A stretch of DNA of 64,000 nt from Pristiophorus japonicus (lineage: Eukaryota), in assembly GCF_044704955.1 (NCBI RefSeq), contig NC_091985.1, positions 41,478,001 to 41,542,000 of the forward strand, given 5' to 3'. Numbering within the stretch: position 1 is the stretch's first letter; each line of letters begins with the position of its first letter. Below the pieces are notes generated by a model. It was not told where the DNA came from. It saw only the letters and a program-made list of their open reading frames with translations, and did no database searches. The position numbers and the translations under genes are program-made. Positions 24,105-35,859 of this stretch are shown piece by piece.

Positions 24105-27100
24105 ATGGCCACCAGTGGCACAGAGGAACGCTACTGTGTGGGTGAGGACTGGGACGACTTTGTGGAAAGACTCCAGCAGAGCTTTGTCACAAAGGACTGG
24201 CTGGGAGAGGCAGCGGCCGACAAACGGAGGGTGCATCTACTGACCAACTGTGGTCCACAGACGTATGCGCTGATGAAAGACCTGCTCACACCCCAAAAGC
24301 CAGCGGACAAGTCCTTCGAAGAGCTCAGCCAGCTGATCAGTTAGCATCTCAAGCCGGCAAGTAGTGTACACATGGCCTGGCACCGGTTCTACTCTCTCCG
24401 GCGTTGGGAGGGTCAAAACGTCTCGGACTTCGTGGTGGAACTGCGGCGTTTGGCCAATCTCTAAGTTCTCCGATGCCTGCAGGGGGGAGATGTTAAGGGA
24501 CTTTTTCATCGAGGGCATTAATCATGCCGGCATTTTCAGGAAGCTCATAAAGACTAAGAACTTGACTTTAGAAGGGGCGGCGTTGATAGCTCAGACCTTT
24601 ATGGCAGGGGAAGAGGAGACCAAGCTAATTTACGCACGCAGCCCTGGTTTTAACGTTGCGATGAACCAGTGTGTTAATTTTGTAAAAGTGATACAGAACC
24701 CCGCAGGCAGGCAAGGGCAATTCGACACCGCCCAGGCAGCAACTACCAGCTCCAGGGTGGGCCCGCAACAGCGACAATGGAAAGGGGATTGACAATTCAC
24801 GCCATCACGCGGAACAACGCATCCCGTGATGGGATCATTAACACCCACCATCAGAGTACTTAGAAACAGCCAAACGGGCCATCAGAGAGGAATGTCTTGG
24901 AATAGTCCTTTTGTTAACAGCAATCTCAGCTCGTGCTGGAGGTGCGGGGGCAGACACACTGCCAAAAGCTGCAGGTTCCAGCTTTATACCTGTAGGATTT
25001 GTAATGTCAGTAGACACTTGGCCAGGATGTGCAAAAAGGCAGTTGCGAGGCTAATCTGCGAGACAGAGGAACCAGACGAGGGGTCAAAATGCAGGATGAG
25101 GCCTGGGGAACAACCATGGATGCAGAAGTTCAGAGAGTTCATGTGGCTGTTGTCCACAGCTCATACACTAAAACGCCACCCATGATGATGAAAGTCTTAC
25201 TGAATGGCATCCCGGTGCACATGGAGCTGGATACGGGAGCTAGCCAGTCACTCACGAGCGCCCAACAATTTGAGTGACTATGGCCACACAGAGCTAGCAG
25301 GCCCAAACTGGAACGCATTGAGACGCAGCTACGTACATACACCAAAGAGATCATCCCAGTGCTGGGCAGTGCAAACTTGGTAACGCATAATGGATTACAG
25401 AACTGGCTGCCACTCTGGATCATCCCGGGAAATGGCCCTGCGCTTTTGGGGAGGAGTTGGCTAGCTAAGATGAATTTGAAATGGGGGTATGTGCACACCA
25501 TTTCAGCAGGTATTGCAAAAATTCGAGTCACCCGGTGTCTGAACGTTCAAGGGCACTAAAGTAGTGATACGCATCACTCCGAACGCCAGACCAGTGCACC
25601 ACAAAGCCAGAGTGGTGCCGTACATGATGTGTGAGAAAATTGAAAGTGAACTGGACAGGCTGCTCAGAGAGGGCATAATTTCGGTCGTTGAATTCAGCGA
25701 CTGGGCAAGTCCCATCGTTCCTGTCCTCAAAGCAGATGGCTCGGTTAGGATTTGTGGCGACTACAAAGCCACCATCAACCCAGTGTCGCTGCAAGACCAA
25801 TACCTGCTTCCGAGAGCGGAGGACCTCTTTGCCACGCTGGCAGGTGGAAAGTTGTTCACGATGCTGGACCTCACTTTGGCCTACATGACTCAGGAACTGG
25901 CTGAAGATTCCAAGCTTCTGACCACCATCACGACGCACAAAGGATTATTTGTCTACAACAGGTGCCCGTTTGGCATTCATTCGGCAGCGGCTATCTTTCA
26001 GCGAAACATGGAAAGCTTGCTCAAGTCCATCCCTGGAACGGTCGTATTCCAAGACAACATCCTTATAACGGGTCGAGACACCGAGGAACACCTCTGCAAC
26101 CTGGAGGAGGTGCTACGCCGATTGGATCGGGTAGGCTTGCGGCTGAAAAAAGGCAAGTGCGTGTTTTTGGCGCCAGAGGTCGAGTTCCTGGGCAGGAGGG
26201 TTGCTGCAGACGGGATCCGGCCCACTGAATCAAAAACTGAGGCGATTCGCTCGGCGCCCAGGCCCGGCAACACGTCGGAGTTGCGATCATTCCTGGGACT
26301 TTTGAACTATTTTGGGAACTTTCTGCCGAACTTAAGCGCACTGTTGGAGCCATTACACATGCTCCTCCGTAAAGGGTGTGAATGGTTTTGGGGGGGACTG
26401 TCAAGAACGGGCTTTCAATAAGGCAAGGAACCTGCTGTGTTCCAACAAACTGTTGACTTTGTATGAACCCTGTAAAAACTGGTTTTAACATGCGATGCGT
26501 CTTCATACGGGGTTGGGTGTGTGTTGCAGCAGGGTAACGATGACGGCCGACTCCAACCGGTGGCTTACGCCTCCAGGTCGTTCTCCGAGGCAGAGCGTGG
26601 ATACGGCATGGTCGAGAAGGAGGCACTCGCGTGTGTGTACGATGTGATAAAGATGCACCAGTACCTTTTCGGTGAACAGTTCGAGCCAGAGATGGACCAC
26701 AAGACGTTAACAGCCCTGTTGTCCAACAGCAAGGCTGTCGACGCTAACACGTCAGCTCGCATACAGCGATGGGTCCTCACACTGGCTGCGTATGACTACA
26801 CCATACGGCACCGGCTAGGCACTGAAAATTGCGCTGACGCGCACAGCAGGCTCCCACTGGCCACCACCGAGGGGGCGTCGGAGCAGAGCACCGAGATGGT
26901 CATGGCCGTTGAGGCTTTTGACACTGCGGGCTCCCCCAACACAGCCCGACAGATCAAACTCTGGACCAACAGGGACCCCCTCCTATCCATGATAAAGAAA
27001 TGTGTCCTGACTGGGAATTGGGCGCCCACACACAGGGCGTGCCCCGAGGAGGTCAGACCATTTCAGAGACAGATGGATGAACTCTCCATCCAAGCCGACT

Positions 27101-28224
27101 GCCTGTTATGGGGCAGCCGGGTAGTCATGCGTTCATCAGGGAACTCCACAGTGAGAACCCTGGCATCGTGTTAATGAAGGCCATTGCCCGTTCACATGTA
27201 TGGTGGCCCAGACCTGGAACACTGGGTTCGCAGGTGCACTACGTGTGCCCAGCTGGGCAATGCCCCCAGCGAGGCCCCACTCAGCCCGTGGCCCTGGCCC
27301 ACCAGGCCATGGTCACGCATTCACGTAGACTATGCGGACCCGTTCATGGGGAAAATGTTCCTGATCGTTGTCAATGCATACTTGAAGTGGATCGAGTGTA
27401 TCATATTGAACTCGTGCATGACATCCATCACTGTGGAGAGTCTGCATACGGTTTTCACACCCCACGGCTTGCCGGACATCCTGGTCAGCGACAATGGCCC
27501 GTGTTTTACCAGCCATGAATTCCAGGAGTTTATGTCGGGCAATGGGACCAAGCACGTCCGGACAGCGCCGTTCAAGCCGGCTTCCAATGGCCAGGTGGAA
27601 CGGGCGGTCCAAGTCATAAAGCAGGGCATTATACTCCCTTCAGTACCGCCTATCGCGCCTCCTGCTGGCCTACAGGTCCCGGCCGCACTCGCTCACGGGA
27701 GTCCCGCCAGCGGAACTCCTCATGAAATGCACGCTCAAGATGCGGCTGTCCCTCATTCACCCAGACCTGGCAGACATTGTTGAGGGCAAGCACCAGTCCC
27801 AAACCGAGCTCCATGATCGAGGCTCAAGGGAGAGGTATGTAGAAATAGATGACCCAGTATTTGTTCTTAACCATGCTTTGGGACCCAAATGGCTTGAGGG
27901 CACCGTAATTGTCAAGGAAGGAAACAGGGTCATGGTGGTCAGACAAAACAATCGGCAGATATGCTGCAAACACTTAGACTAAGTAAAGACAAGGTTCAGC
28001 ATAGACACAGAGGAACCGGAAGAAGAGCATGATGAGAGAGCACCCACACCACTGCCAGCGTACGAACAACAAAGACAGCCCTCAGCATGCACAGTCCCGG
28101 CAGCCAGCCCGGACAGGCCGGAATCACCTCAAGTGACAGAGACGCATGCTGAGGCTCATCCACCAGAGCCACAACTGCAGCGCTCCACGAGAGAGCATCG
28201 ACCACCCGATAGACTTAACCTCTG
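24105..28224 (+). pseudogene. Gypsy gag-pol pseudogene (multiple stops and frameshifts)
   Basis: Gag EDWDDFVERL; knuckles CWRCGGRH..C and CRICNVSRH..C; protease LDTGAS; RT WASPIV..RICGDYK..FQDNIL; RNase H CDASSYG..PVAYASR..EKEALA; integrase HVDYA, SDNGPCF and SNGQVER. Confidence 0.93.
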
Positions 28225-28252
28225 AAACTAAAAGACTTAAGGGAGGAGGCGA

Positions 28253-28490
28253 TGTCATGTATTTCACCATCTTGCAATGTAACTGTAACTCATGCACACT
28301 GTACCTGTACCCCTGAAATGCACACCTTGACCACAGGGGGTGAGCTTGTGGGAGACACTGGTATAAAAGGGGAGGTCCCACCCAGGGTCAGCACTCCTTG
28401 GTCCTGGGAATAAAGTGAAGGTCACAGAGTGACCGTGTCTGATATATACATGCCTCGTGTGAGTTTGTAACAAGGTGCAGAGACACTACA
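28253..28490 (+). repeat. 3' LTR (preceded by polypurine tract aagggaggaggcga)
   Basis: Direct repeat of the 5' LTR with TG..CA ends. Confidence 0.95.
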
Positions 28491-30041
28491 TGGGGTACTA
28501 TATCAGCATGGATAGAGGATTGGCTGGCTAACAGAGAACAGAGTGTCGGGGTAAATGGTTCAATTTCTGGTTGGCAACCAGCAACTAGTGGGGTGCCACA
28601 GGGTTCAGTGCTGGGAACCCAACTATTTACAATCTATATTAACGACTTGGAAGAAGGGACTGAGTGTAACATAGCCAAGTTTGCTGACGATACAAAGATG
28701 GGAGGAAAAGCAATGTGTGAGGAGGGCGCACACAATCTGTAAAAGGACATAGACAGACTAAGTGAGTGGGCAAAAATTTGGCAGATGGAGTATAATGTTG
28801 GAAAGTGTGAGGTCATGCACTTTGGCAGAAAAAAATCAAAGAGCAAGTTATTATTTAAATGGAGAAAATTGCAAAATGCCGCAGTACAGCGGGACCTGGG
28901 GGTAATTGTGCATGAAACACAAAAGGATAGTATGCAGATACAGCAAGTGATCAGGAAGGCCAATGGTATCTTGGCCTTTATTGCAAAGGGGATGGAGTAT
29001 AAAAACAGGGAAATCTTACTACAGCTATTAAAGGTATTGGTGAGGCCACACCTGGAATACTGTGTACAGTTTTGGTTTCCATATTAACAAAAGGATATAC
29101 TTGCTTTGGAGGCAGTTCAGAGAAAGTTCACTCGGTTGATTCCGGGAATGAGGGGGTTGACTTATGAGGAAAGATTGAGTAGGTTGGGCCTCTACCCATT
29201 GGAATTCAGAAGAATGAGAGGTGATCATGTCGAAACGTATAAGTTTGAGAGGGCTTGACAAGGTGGATGCAGAGAGGATGTTTCCACTGATGGGGGAGAC
29301 TAGAACGAGAGGGCATGATCTTAGAATAAGGGGTCGCCCATTTAAAACCAAGATGAGAAGAAATTTCTTCCCTAAGGGTTGTAAATCTGTGGAATTCGCT
29401 GCCTCAGAAAGCTGGGGAAGCTGGGACATTGAATACATTTAAGACAGAAATAGACAGTTTCTTAAACGATAAGGGGAATAAGGGGTATGGGGAACGGGCA
29501 GGGAAGTGGAGCTGAGTCCATGATCAGATCAGCCATGATATTGAATGGCAGAGCAGGCTCGAGGGGCTGTATGGGCTAGCCCTGCTCCTATTTCTTATGT
29601 TCTTATGTAATCTGCAAAGGGATATAGAAAGTGAGTGGGCAAAAATTTGGCAGATGGAGTATAAATGTGGGAAAATGTGAGATTATCCACTTTGGTCGGA
29701 AGAATAGAATGGGCAAATTATTATTTAAATGGCGAGAGACTACACAATGCTGTGATACAGAGGGATCTGGGGGTCATTGTACATGAAACAAAAAGTTAGC
29801 ATGCAGGTACAGCAAGTAATTAGGAAGGCAAGTGGAATGATAGCTTTTATTGCAAGGGGGATGGAGTATAAAAGTAGGGAAGTCTTGCTACAGCTGTACA
29901 GGACGTTGCTGAGACCACATCTGGAGTACTGCATACAGTTTTTGTCTCCTTGCATTGGAGGCAGTTCCGATAAGGTTCACTCGGTTGATTCCTGAGATGA
30001 AGGGGTTGACTGACGAAGAAAGGTTGAGCAGGTTGGGCCTG

Positions 30042-33000
30042 ATAAGATAAATACGTGGCTTGAGGAGTGGTGCAGAAGGGAGGGATTCAAATTCCTGGGA
30101 CATTGGAACCGGTTCTGGGGGAGGTGGGAACAGTACAATCCGGACGGTCTGCACCTGGGCAGGACCGGAACCAATGTCCTCGGGGGGAGTGTTTGCTAGT
30201 GCTTTTGGGGAAGGATTAAACTAATATGGTAGGGGGATGGGAACCTATGCAGGGAGATAGAGGGAAGTAGAATGGGGCAGAAGCAAAAGATAGAAAGAAG
30301 AAAATTAAAAGTGGAGGGCAGAGAAACCCAAGGCAAAAATCAAAAAGGGCCACATTACAGCAAAATTCTAAAGGGGCAAAATATGTTAACAAGACAAGCC
30401 TGAACGCTCTGTGCATCATTGTGAGGAGTATTCGTAATAAGGTGGACGAATTAACTGCACAGGCAACAATTAACGAATATGATCCAATTGGCATCACGGA
30501 GACATGGCTTCATGTGACCAAGGCTGGGAACTCAACATCCGGGGTTATTCAACATTCAGTAAGGAAAATAAGGTGGGGTAGCGTTGCTGGTTAAAGAGGA
30601 AATTAATGCAATAGTAAGGCAGGACATTAGCTTGGATGATGTGGAATCTTTATGGATGGAGCTGCGGAATACCAAAGGGCAGGAAACGCTAGTGGGAGTT
30701 GTGTACAGACCACCAAACCATAGTGGTGAGGTTGAGAACAGCATCAAACAAGAAATTAGGGATGCGTGCAATAAAGGTACAGCAGTTATCATGGGCGACT
30801 TTAATCTACATATAGACTAGGCTAACCAAACTGGTAGCAATACGGTGGAGGAAGATTTCCTGGAGTGTATTCGGGATGTTTTTCTATGTCGAGGAACCAA
30901 CTAGAGGGCTGGCCATCCTAGACTGGGTGATGTGTAATGAGAAAGGACGAATTAGTAATCTTGTTCTGCGAGGCCCCTTTGGGAAAAGTGACCATAATAT
31001 GGTAGAATTCTTTATTAAGGTGGAGAGTGACACAGTTAATTTAGAGACTCGGGTCCTGAACTTAAGGAAAGGTAACTTCGATGGTATGAGATGTGAATTG
31101 GCTAGACTAGACTGGCAAAAGATACTTAGAGGGTTAACGGTGGATAGGCAATGGCAAACATTTAAAGATCACATGAATGAACTTCAACAATTGTACATCC
31201 CTGTCTGGAGTAAAAATAAAACGGGGAAGGTGGCTCAACCGTGGCTAACGAGGGAAATTAGGGATATGTTAAATCCAAGGAAGAGGCATATAAATTGGCC
31301 TGAAAAAGCAGCAAACCTGAAGACTGGGAGCAATTTAGAATTCAGCAGAGGAGGACAAAGGGTTTAATTAGGAGGGGGAAAATAGTGTATGAGAGGAAGC
31401 TTGCTGGGAACATAAAAACTGACTGCAAAAGCTTCCATAATATGTGAAGAGAAAAAGATTAGTGAAGACAAACATAGTTCCCTTGTAATGAGAATCAGGT
31501 GAATTTATAATGGGGAACAAAGAAATGGCAGACCAGTTGAACAAATACTTTGGTTCTGTCTTCACGAAGGGAGACACACATAACCTTGCGGAAATACTAG
31601 GGGACTGAGGATCTCGTGAGAAGGAGGAATTGAAGGAAATCCTTATTAGTCGGGAAATTGTGTTAGGAAAATTGATGGGATTGAAGGCCAATAAATCCCC
31701 AGGGCCTGATAGTCTGCATTCCAGAGTATTTAAGGAAGTGGCCCTAGAAATAGTGGATGCATTGGTGATCATTTTCCAACAGTCTATCAACTCTGGATCA
31801 GTTCCTATGGACTGGAGGGTAGCTAATGTAACACCAATTTTTTAAAAAGGCGGGAGAGAAAATGGGTAATTATAGACCGGTTAGCCGGACATCAGTAGTG
31901 GGGAAAATATTGGAATCAATTATTAAAGATGAAATAGCAGTGCATTTGGAAAGCAGTGACAGGATCGGTCCAAGTCAGCATGGATTTATGAAAGGGAAAT
32001 CATGCTTGACAAATCTAGAATTTTTTGAGGATGTAACTAGTAGAGTGGACAAGGGAGAACCAGTGGATGTGTGGTGTATTTGGACTTTCAAAAGGCTTTT
32101 GACAAGGTCCCATACAAGAGATTGGTGTGCAAAATTAAAGCACGTGGTATTGGAGGTAATGTACCGACATGCATAGAGAACTGGTTGGCAGACAGAAAGC
32201 AGAGAGTCGGGATACACGGGTCCTTTTCAGAATGGCAGGCAGTGACTAGTGGGGTGCTGCAGGGCTCAGTGCTGAGACCCCAGGTATTTACAATATACAT
32301 CAATGATTTAGATGAAGGAATTGAGTGTAATATCGACAAGTTTGCAGATGACACTAAGCTGGGTGGCGGTGTGAGCTGTGAGGGGGATGCGAGGAGGCTG
32401 CAGGGTGACTTAGACAGGTTAGGTGAGTGGGCAAATGCATGGCGGATGCAGTATAATGTGGATAAATGTGAGGTTATCCACTTTGGTGGCAAAAACACAA
32501 AGGCAGAATATTTTCTGAATGGCGGCAGATTAGGCAAAGGGGAGATGCAGTGAGACCTGGGTGTCATGGTTCATCAGTCCTTGAAAGTTGGCATGCAGGT
32601 ACAGCAGGCGGTGAAGGCGGCAAATGGTATGTTGGCCTTCATAGCTAGGGGATTTGAGTATAGGAGCAGGGAGGTCTTACTGCTGTTGTACAGGGCCTTG
32701 GTGAGGCCTCACCTGGAATATTGTGTTCAGTTTTGGTCTGCTAGTCTGAGGAAGGACGTTCTTGCTATTGAGCGAGTGCAGCGAAGGTTCACCAGACTGA
32801 TTCCCGGGATGGCAGGACTGACATATGAGGGGAGACTGGATCGACTGGGCCTGTATTCACTGGAGTTTAGAAGGATGTGAGGGGATTTCATAGAAACATC
32901 TAAAATTCTGATGGGACTGGACAGGTTAGATGCAGGAAGAATGTTCCCGATGTTGGGGAAGTCCAGAACCAGGGGCACAGTCTAAGGATAAGGGGTCTGA

Positions 33001-33257
33001 GATGAGGGGAAACTTCTTCACTCAGTTGTTAACCTGTGGAATTCTCTACCGCAGAGAGTTGTTGCTGCCAGTTTGTTGGATATATTCAAGAGCGTGCTAG
33101 ATCTGGCTCTTACGGCTTAAGGGATCAAGGGGTTATGGAGAGAAAGCCGGAAAAGGGTACTGAGGTGAATGATCAACCATGATCTTATTGAATGGTGGTG
33201 CAGGCTTGAAGGGCCGAAGGGCCTACTCCACCTATTTTCTATGTTTCTATGTTTCTG
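30042..33257 (+). mobile_element. CR1 copy C (end of ORF1 esterase-like domain plus all of ORF2, degraded), inserted in A
   Basis: NTWLEEWCRREGFKFLGHW..DGLHLGRTG is a CR1 ORF1 SGNH-like end; EN and RT motifs follow; tail ctatgtttctatgtttc. Confidence 0.93.
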
Positions 33258-33929
33258 TGTACTCATTGGAGTTTAGAAGAATAAGATTCTGAGGTGGCTT
33301 GACAGGGTAGATACAGAGAACATGTTTCCCCTCATGGGGGAATCTCGAACTAGGGGACATAATTTCAGAATAAGGGGTCGCCCATTTAAAACAAAGCTGA
33401 GGAGGAATTTCTTCCCTGAGAGTCGTGAATCTTTGGAATTTCTACCCCAGAGAGCTGTTGAGACTGGGTCATTGAATATATTTAAGGAGGAGATAGAAAG
33501 ATTTTTGAACTATAGGGGAGTCGAGGGTTATGGGGAGCAGGCAGGGAAGTGGAGTTGAGACCAAGATCAAATCAACCATGATCTTATTAAATAGGGGAGC
33601 AGGTTCGAGGGGCCAAATTGCCTACTCCTGCTCCTATTTCTTATGTTCTTATCTTATGTCTTGTTGCAACCTGGTCTGTTACACTCAGTAATATACCACA
33701 CAATGCATTTGCCCATTGAGTCCTTGCAAAGCCCCACATACAGACAGTTTGAAGTAGAGGTGAATTGCAAGAATGAACTGTAGTAAAGTGGTAAATGGCA
33801 ACTATTGCACAAGGCTTGAACTGGAGGCGATTTCTCTGTCAAATAAATGTTATGCTAAGGTCCATCTAATGAGCTAATGGGTCCTGTGTTCAGTACCAGG
33901 TCTGTGATAGTTTATTTCTTTTATTCCTC

Positions 33930-34310
33930 ACTAACCAATCTGTTCCCCTTCCCCCTTTTCTTTGGAGTGCAGACATCTTCTGGTACTTTTCTCAAGTGGC
34001 CATTATTCATTTGAGTCTTGACAGTGAGTGTTGGCAGATTATTTAACCCATCCAGGGAGGAGGGAATACATTACAGCTGAGCCTGACCCTGACCCTATTC
34101 TCGTATGTGCACTTGCAGCAGGGTTTATGGAATAGCGTTAAAGCGTGAGTACCCTGCTGGTTTTATTTTTCTTTCTCTAACCCTAGGGTACATCAAGCAC
34201 TCTTATCGCTACCTTGGTTGAGAAACTAGTAATTCAGCAGGAAATGAGGACTGAGCACGGGACTGCCCTGCTTTTCATTACTCAATTACTCACCTGGTAT
34301 TCTCATGGAG
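33930..34310 (-). mobile_element. Ancient SINE-like repeat (LF-SINE-like); similar remnants near 23400-23615 and 53400-53680
   Basis: Shared decayed motifs (ccttctc..ggcca..acagctgagcctga..cagcaggg..cagca..gggac). The family assignment is from memory only. Confidence 0.4.
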
Positions 34311-34484
34311 TTACTATGGGGAGGATCTGTGCTCTTAGCAAATTTGAGGCAGAAGGTTGATGGGATGACTCAACATCTGAAAAAAGGGTTCCTGCTCCTC
34401 ATTACCATCCAATGCCTTTCACTCTCACCTGCTAGAAATACGTGTAGTTGCTGAGTGAGGTCATTGTTTTAGAACATAAAGTAT

Positions 34485-34865
34485 GAAAGAAAAGCTTTCA
34501 TTTATATAGCGCCTTTCACGCCCTCATGGAATCCTAAAGTGCATTCCAACCAATTAAGTACTTTCAAAATATAGTCACTGTTGTAATGTAGGGAAACAGG
34601 GCAGCAAAAAACAATGAGAATCTGTTTCAGTGATGTTGGTTGAGGGATAAATATTGGTCAGGACACCAGGGAGAACTCCCCTGCTCTCTGAATCGTACCC
34701 TATGATCTTTTACGTCCACCTGAGGCAGGCGAGGTCTCGGCTAAACGTCTCATCCAAAAGGCGGCACCTCCAACGGCCTAGATTATGTGCTCAAGTCTAT
34801 GGGCTGGGACTTGAACCCACAACCTTTTGACTCAATCAAGAGCGCATCCACCGAGCCAAGGCTTT
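34485..34865 (-). mobile_element. SacSINE1-like Deu SINE, nearly full length
   Basis: catttatatagcgcctttcac..agtcactgttgtaatgtagg..tttacgtccacctga..ttgaacccacaacctt..ccgagccaagg: reverse complement of tail, Deu core and tRNA head. Confidence 0.8.
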
Positions 34866-35859
34866 CAACATTTAGTGCCCTGCAAGGTCAAGTAACTGCT
34901 TGGCCCTAATTTAATCTCATGTTTTAAATAGCCACCTGGGCATGGCAAATGCCAGGGGGTTTCTGCCTGTACATTACTTGCCTGCTATGAAACTACCTTC
35001 ATGCGATGAGGGACAAGGGGGAAATATAGTAAGGAAATTTTAAGGAGAAGTGTATTGGGAGAGGAGGGTAGAAAAGGGAGAGAGACTGAGACACTGAGCA
35101 GGGCTAATCAGAGTGAGCCTTCAGAGGAAATTTGTACTTCGTGTGCTGTAGCATAGACAGTTCAAACAGAATTAATACATGAAATGGCTGGGTTAAAAAT
35201 CAGATAACTATGATTGATCAGCCGGCAGCTGTCCTACTGGCTCCATGGTTAATATGTTGAAGATTTATCACACATGTTTTGCATGGCTCCATTACAATGA
35301 GCAGGAGATCGTGCAAACTAGATGGGTACAACAGTTGTGACTTTCTTTGTCTTAGAGGGGGAAATTTTATGTATTTTAAAACTTTTTATGGGGTTACTTT
35401 GATTAGGAGGAGGAATGTTTTTTTCACTTATTTAAAAAAAAAACACAATTCTCAAATACAGAAAGCATGACGGCTATCCAATGCGAATTTATCCGTTACG
35501 TTGTATGTATTCGAGTCAGAATGATCAAGCACCAAGACCCGAGTTCATTAATACAGATCATTCACTGCAGTAAAGTGTTAATTTCTATTCCTCCTCCTCT
35601 CCCTTCGACACACCCCATTCAAAGTGTGGTGTCCAATTGAATTTTGGAATAGGAATGATCCGACTGTTGAAGACAGTGGTTTTTATTAGGACGCAACAAC
35701 TGATCATTTTCAAACTTTCTTTCCCATGAATTCACTCTGGTAAATGATTAAAATGTCCAAATAGAGAAGTTAAGAGGTCATTGGATTATGAATAATACAG
35801 CAGGTTGGGGTGGTAGATGAGCAGAGATTGTATGATGCTAAAGGGGGGGGAGGGGGGGG

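Larger units (their letters stand above)
23822..28490 (+). mobile_element. Full-length, decayed Ty3/Gypsy LTR retrotransposon (Mag-like)
   Basis: Two LTRs bounded by TG..CA, a PBS and a PPT; gag with two zinc knuckles; domain order PR-RT-RNaseH-IN; imperfect G-rich TSD (ggggg / tgggg). Confidence 0.95.
23799..29608 (+). mobile_element. CR1 copy B, inserted in A and itself split by the Gypsy element
   Basis: taaaagttcacggggttggggg before the LTR continues as ggggtactatatcagcatggatagagg after it; FADDTK and RPHLEYCVQFW; tail ttcttatgttcttatgt. Confidence 0.85.
23620..33655 (+). mobile_element. CR1 copy A (outer host), in pieces 23620-23798, 29609-30041 and 33258-33655
   Basis: The RT sequence ..gaggaggatgcaaaga continues as aatctgcaaagggatatag at about 29609; aggttgggcct continues as gtactcattggagtttag at about 33259; ends in cttatgttcttat. 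Confidence 0.82.

Noticed and set aside
34790-34865. tRNA-like A/B boxes
   Set aside because: Decayed tRNA-derived SINE head, not a cloverleaf tRNA gene.
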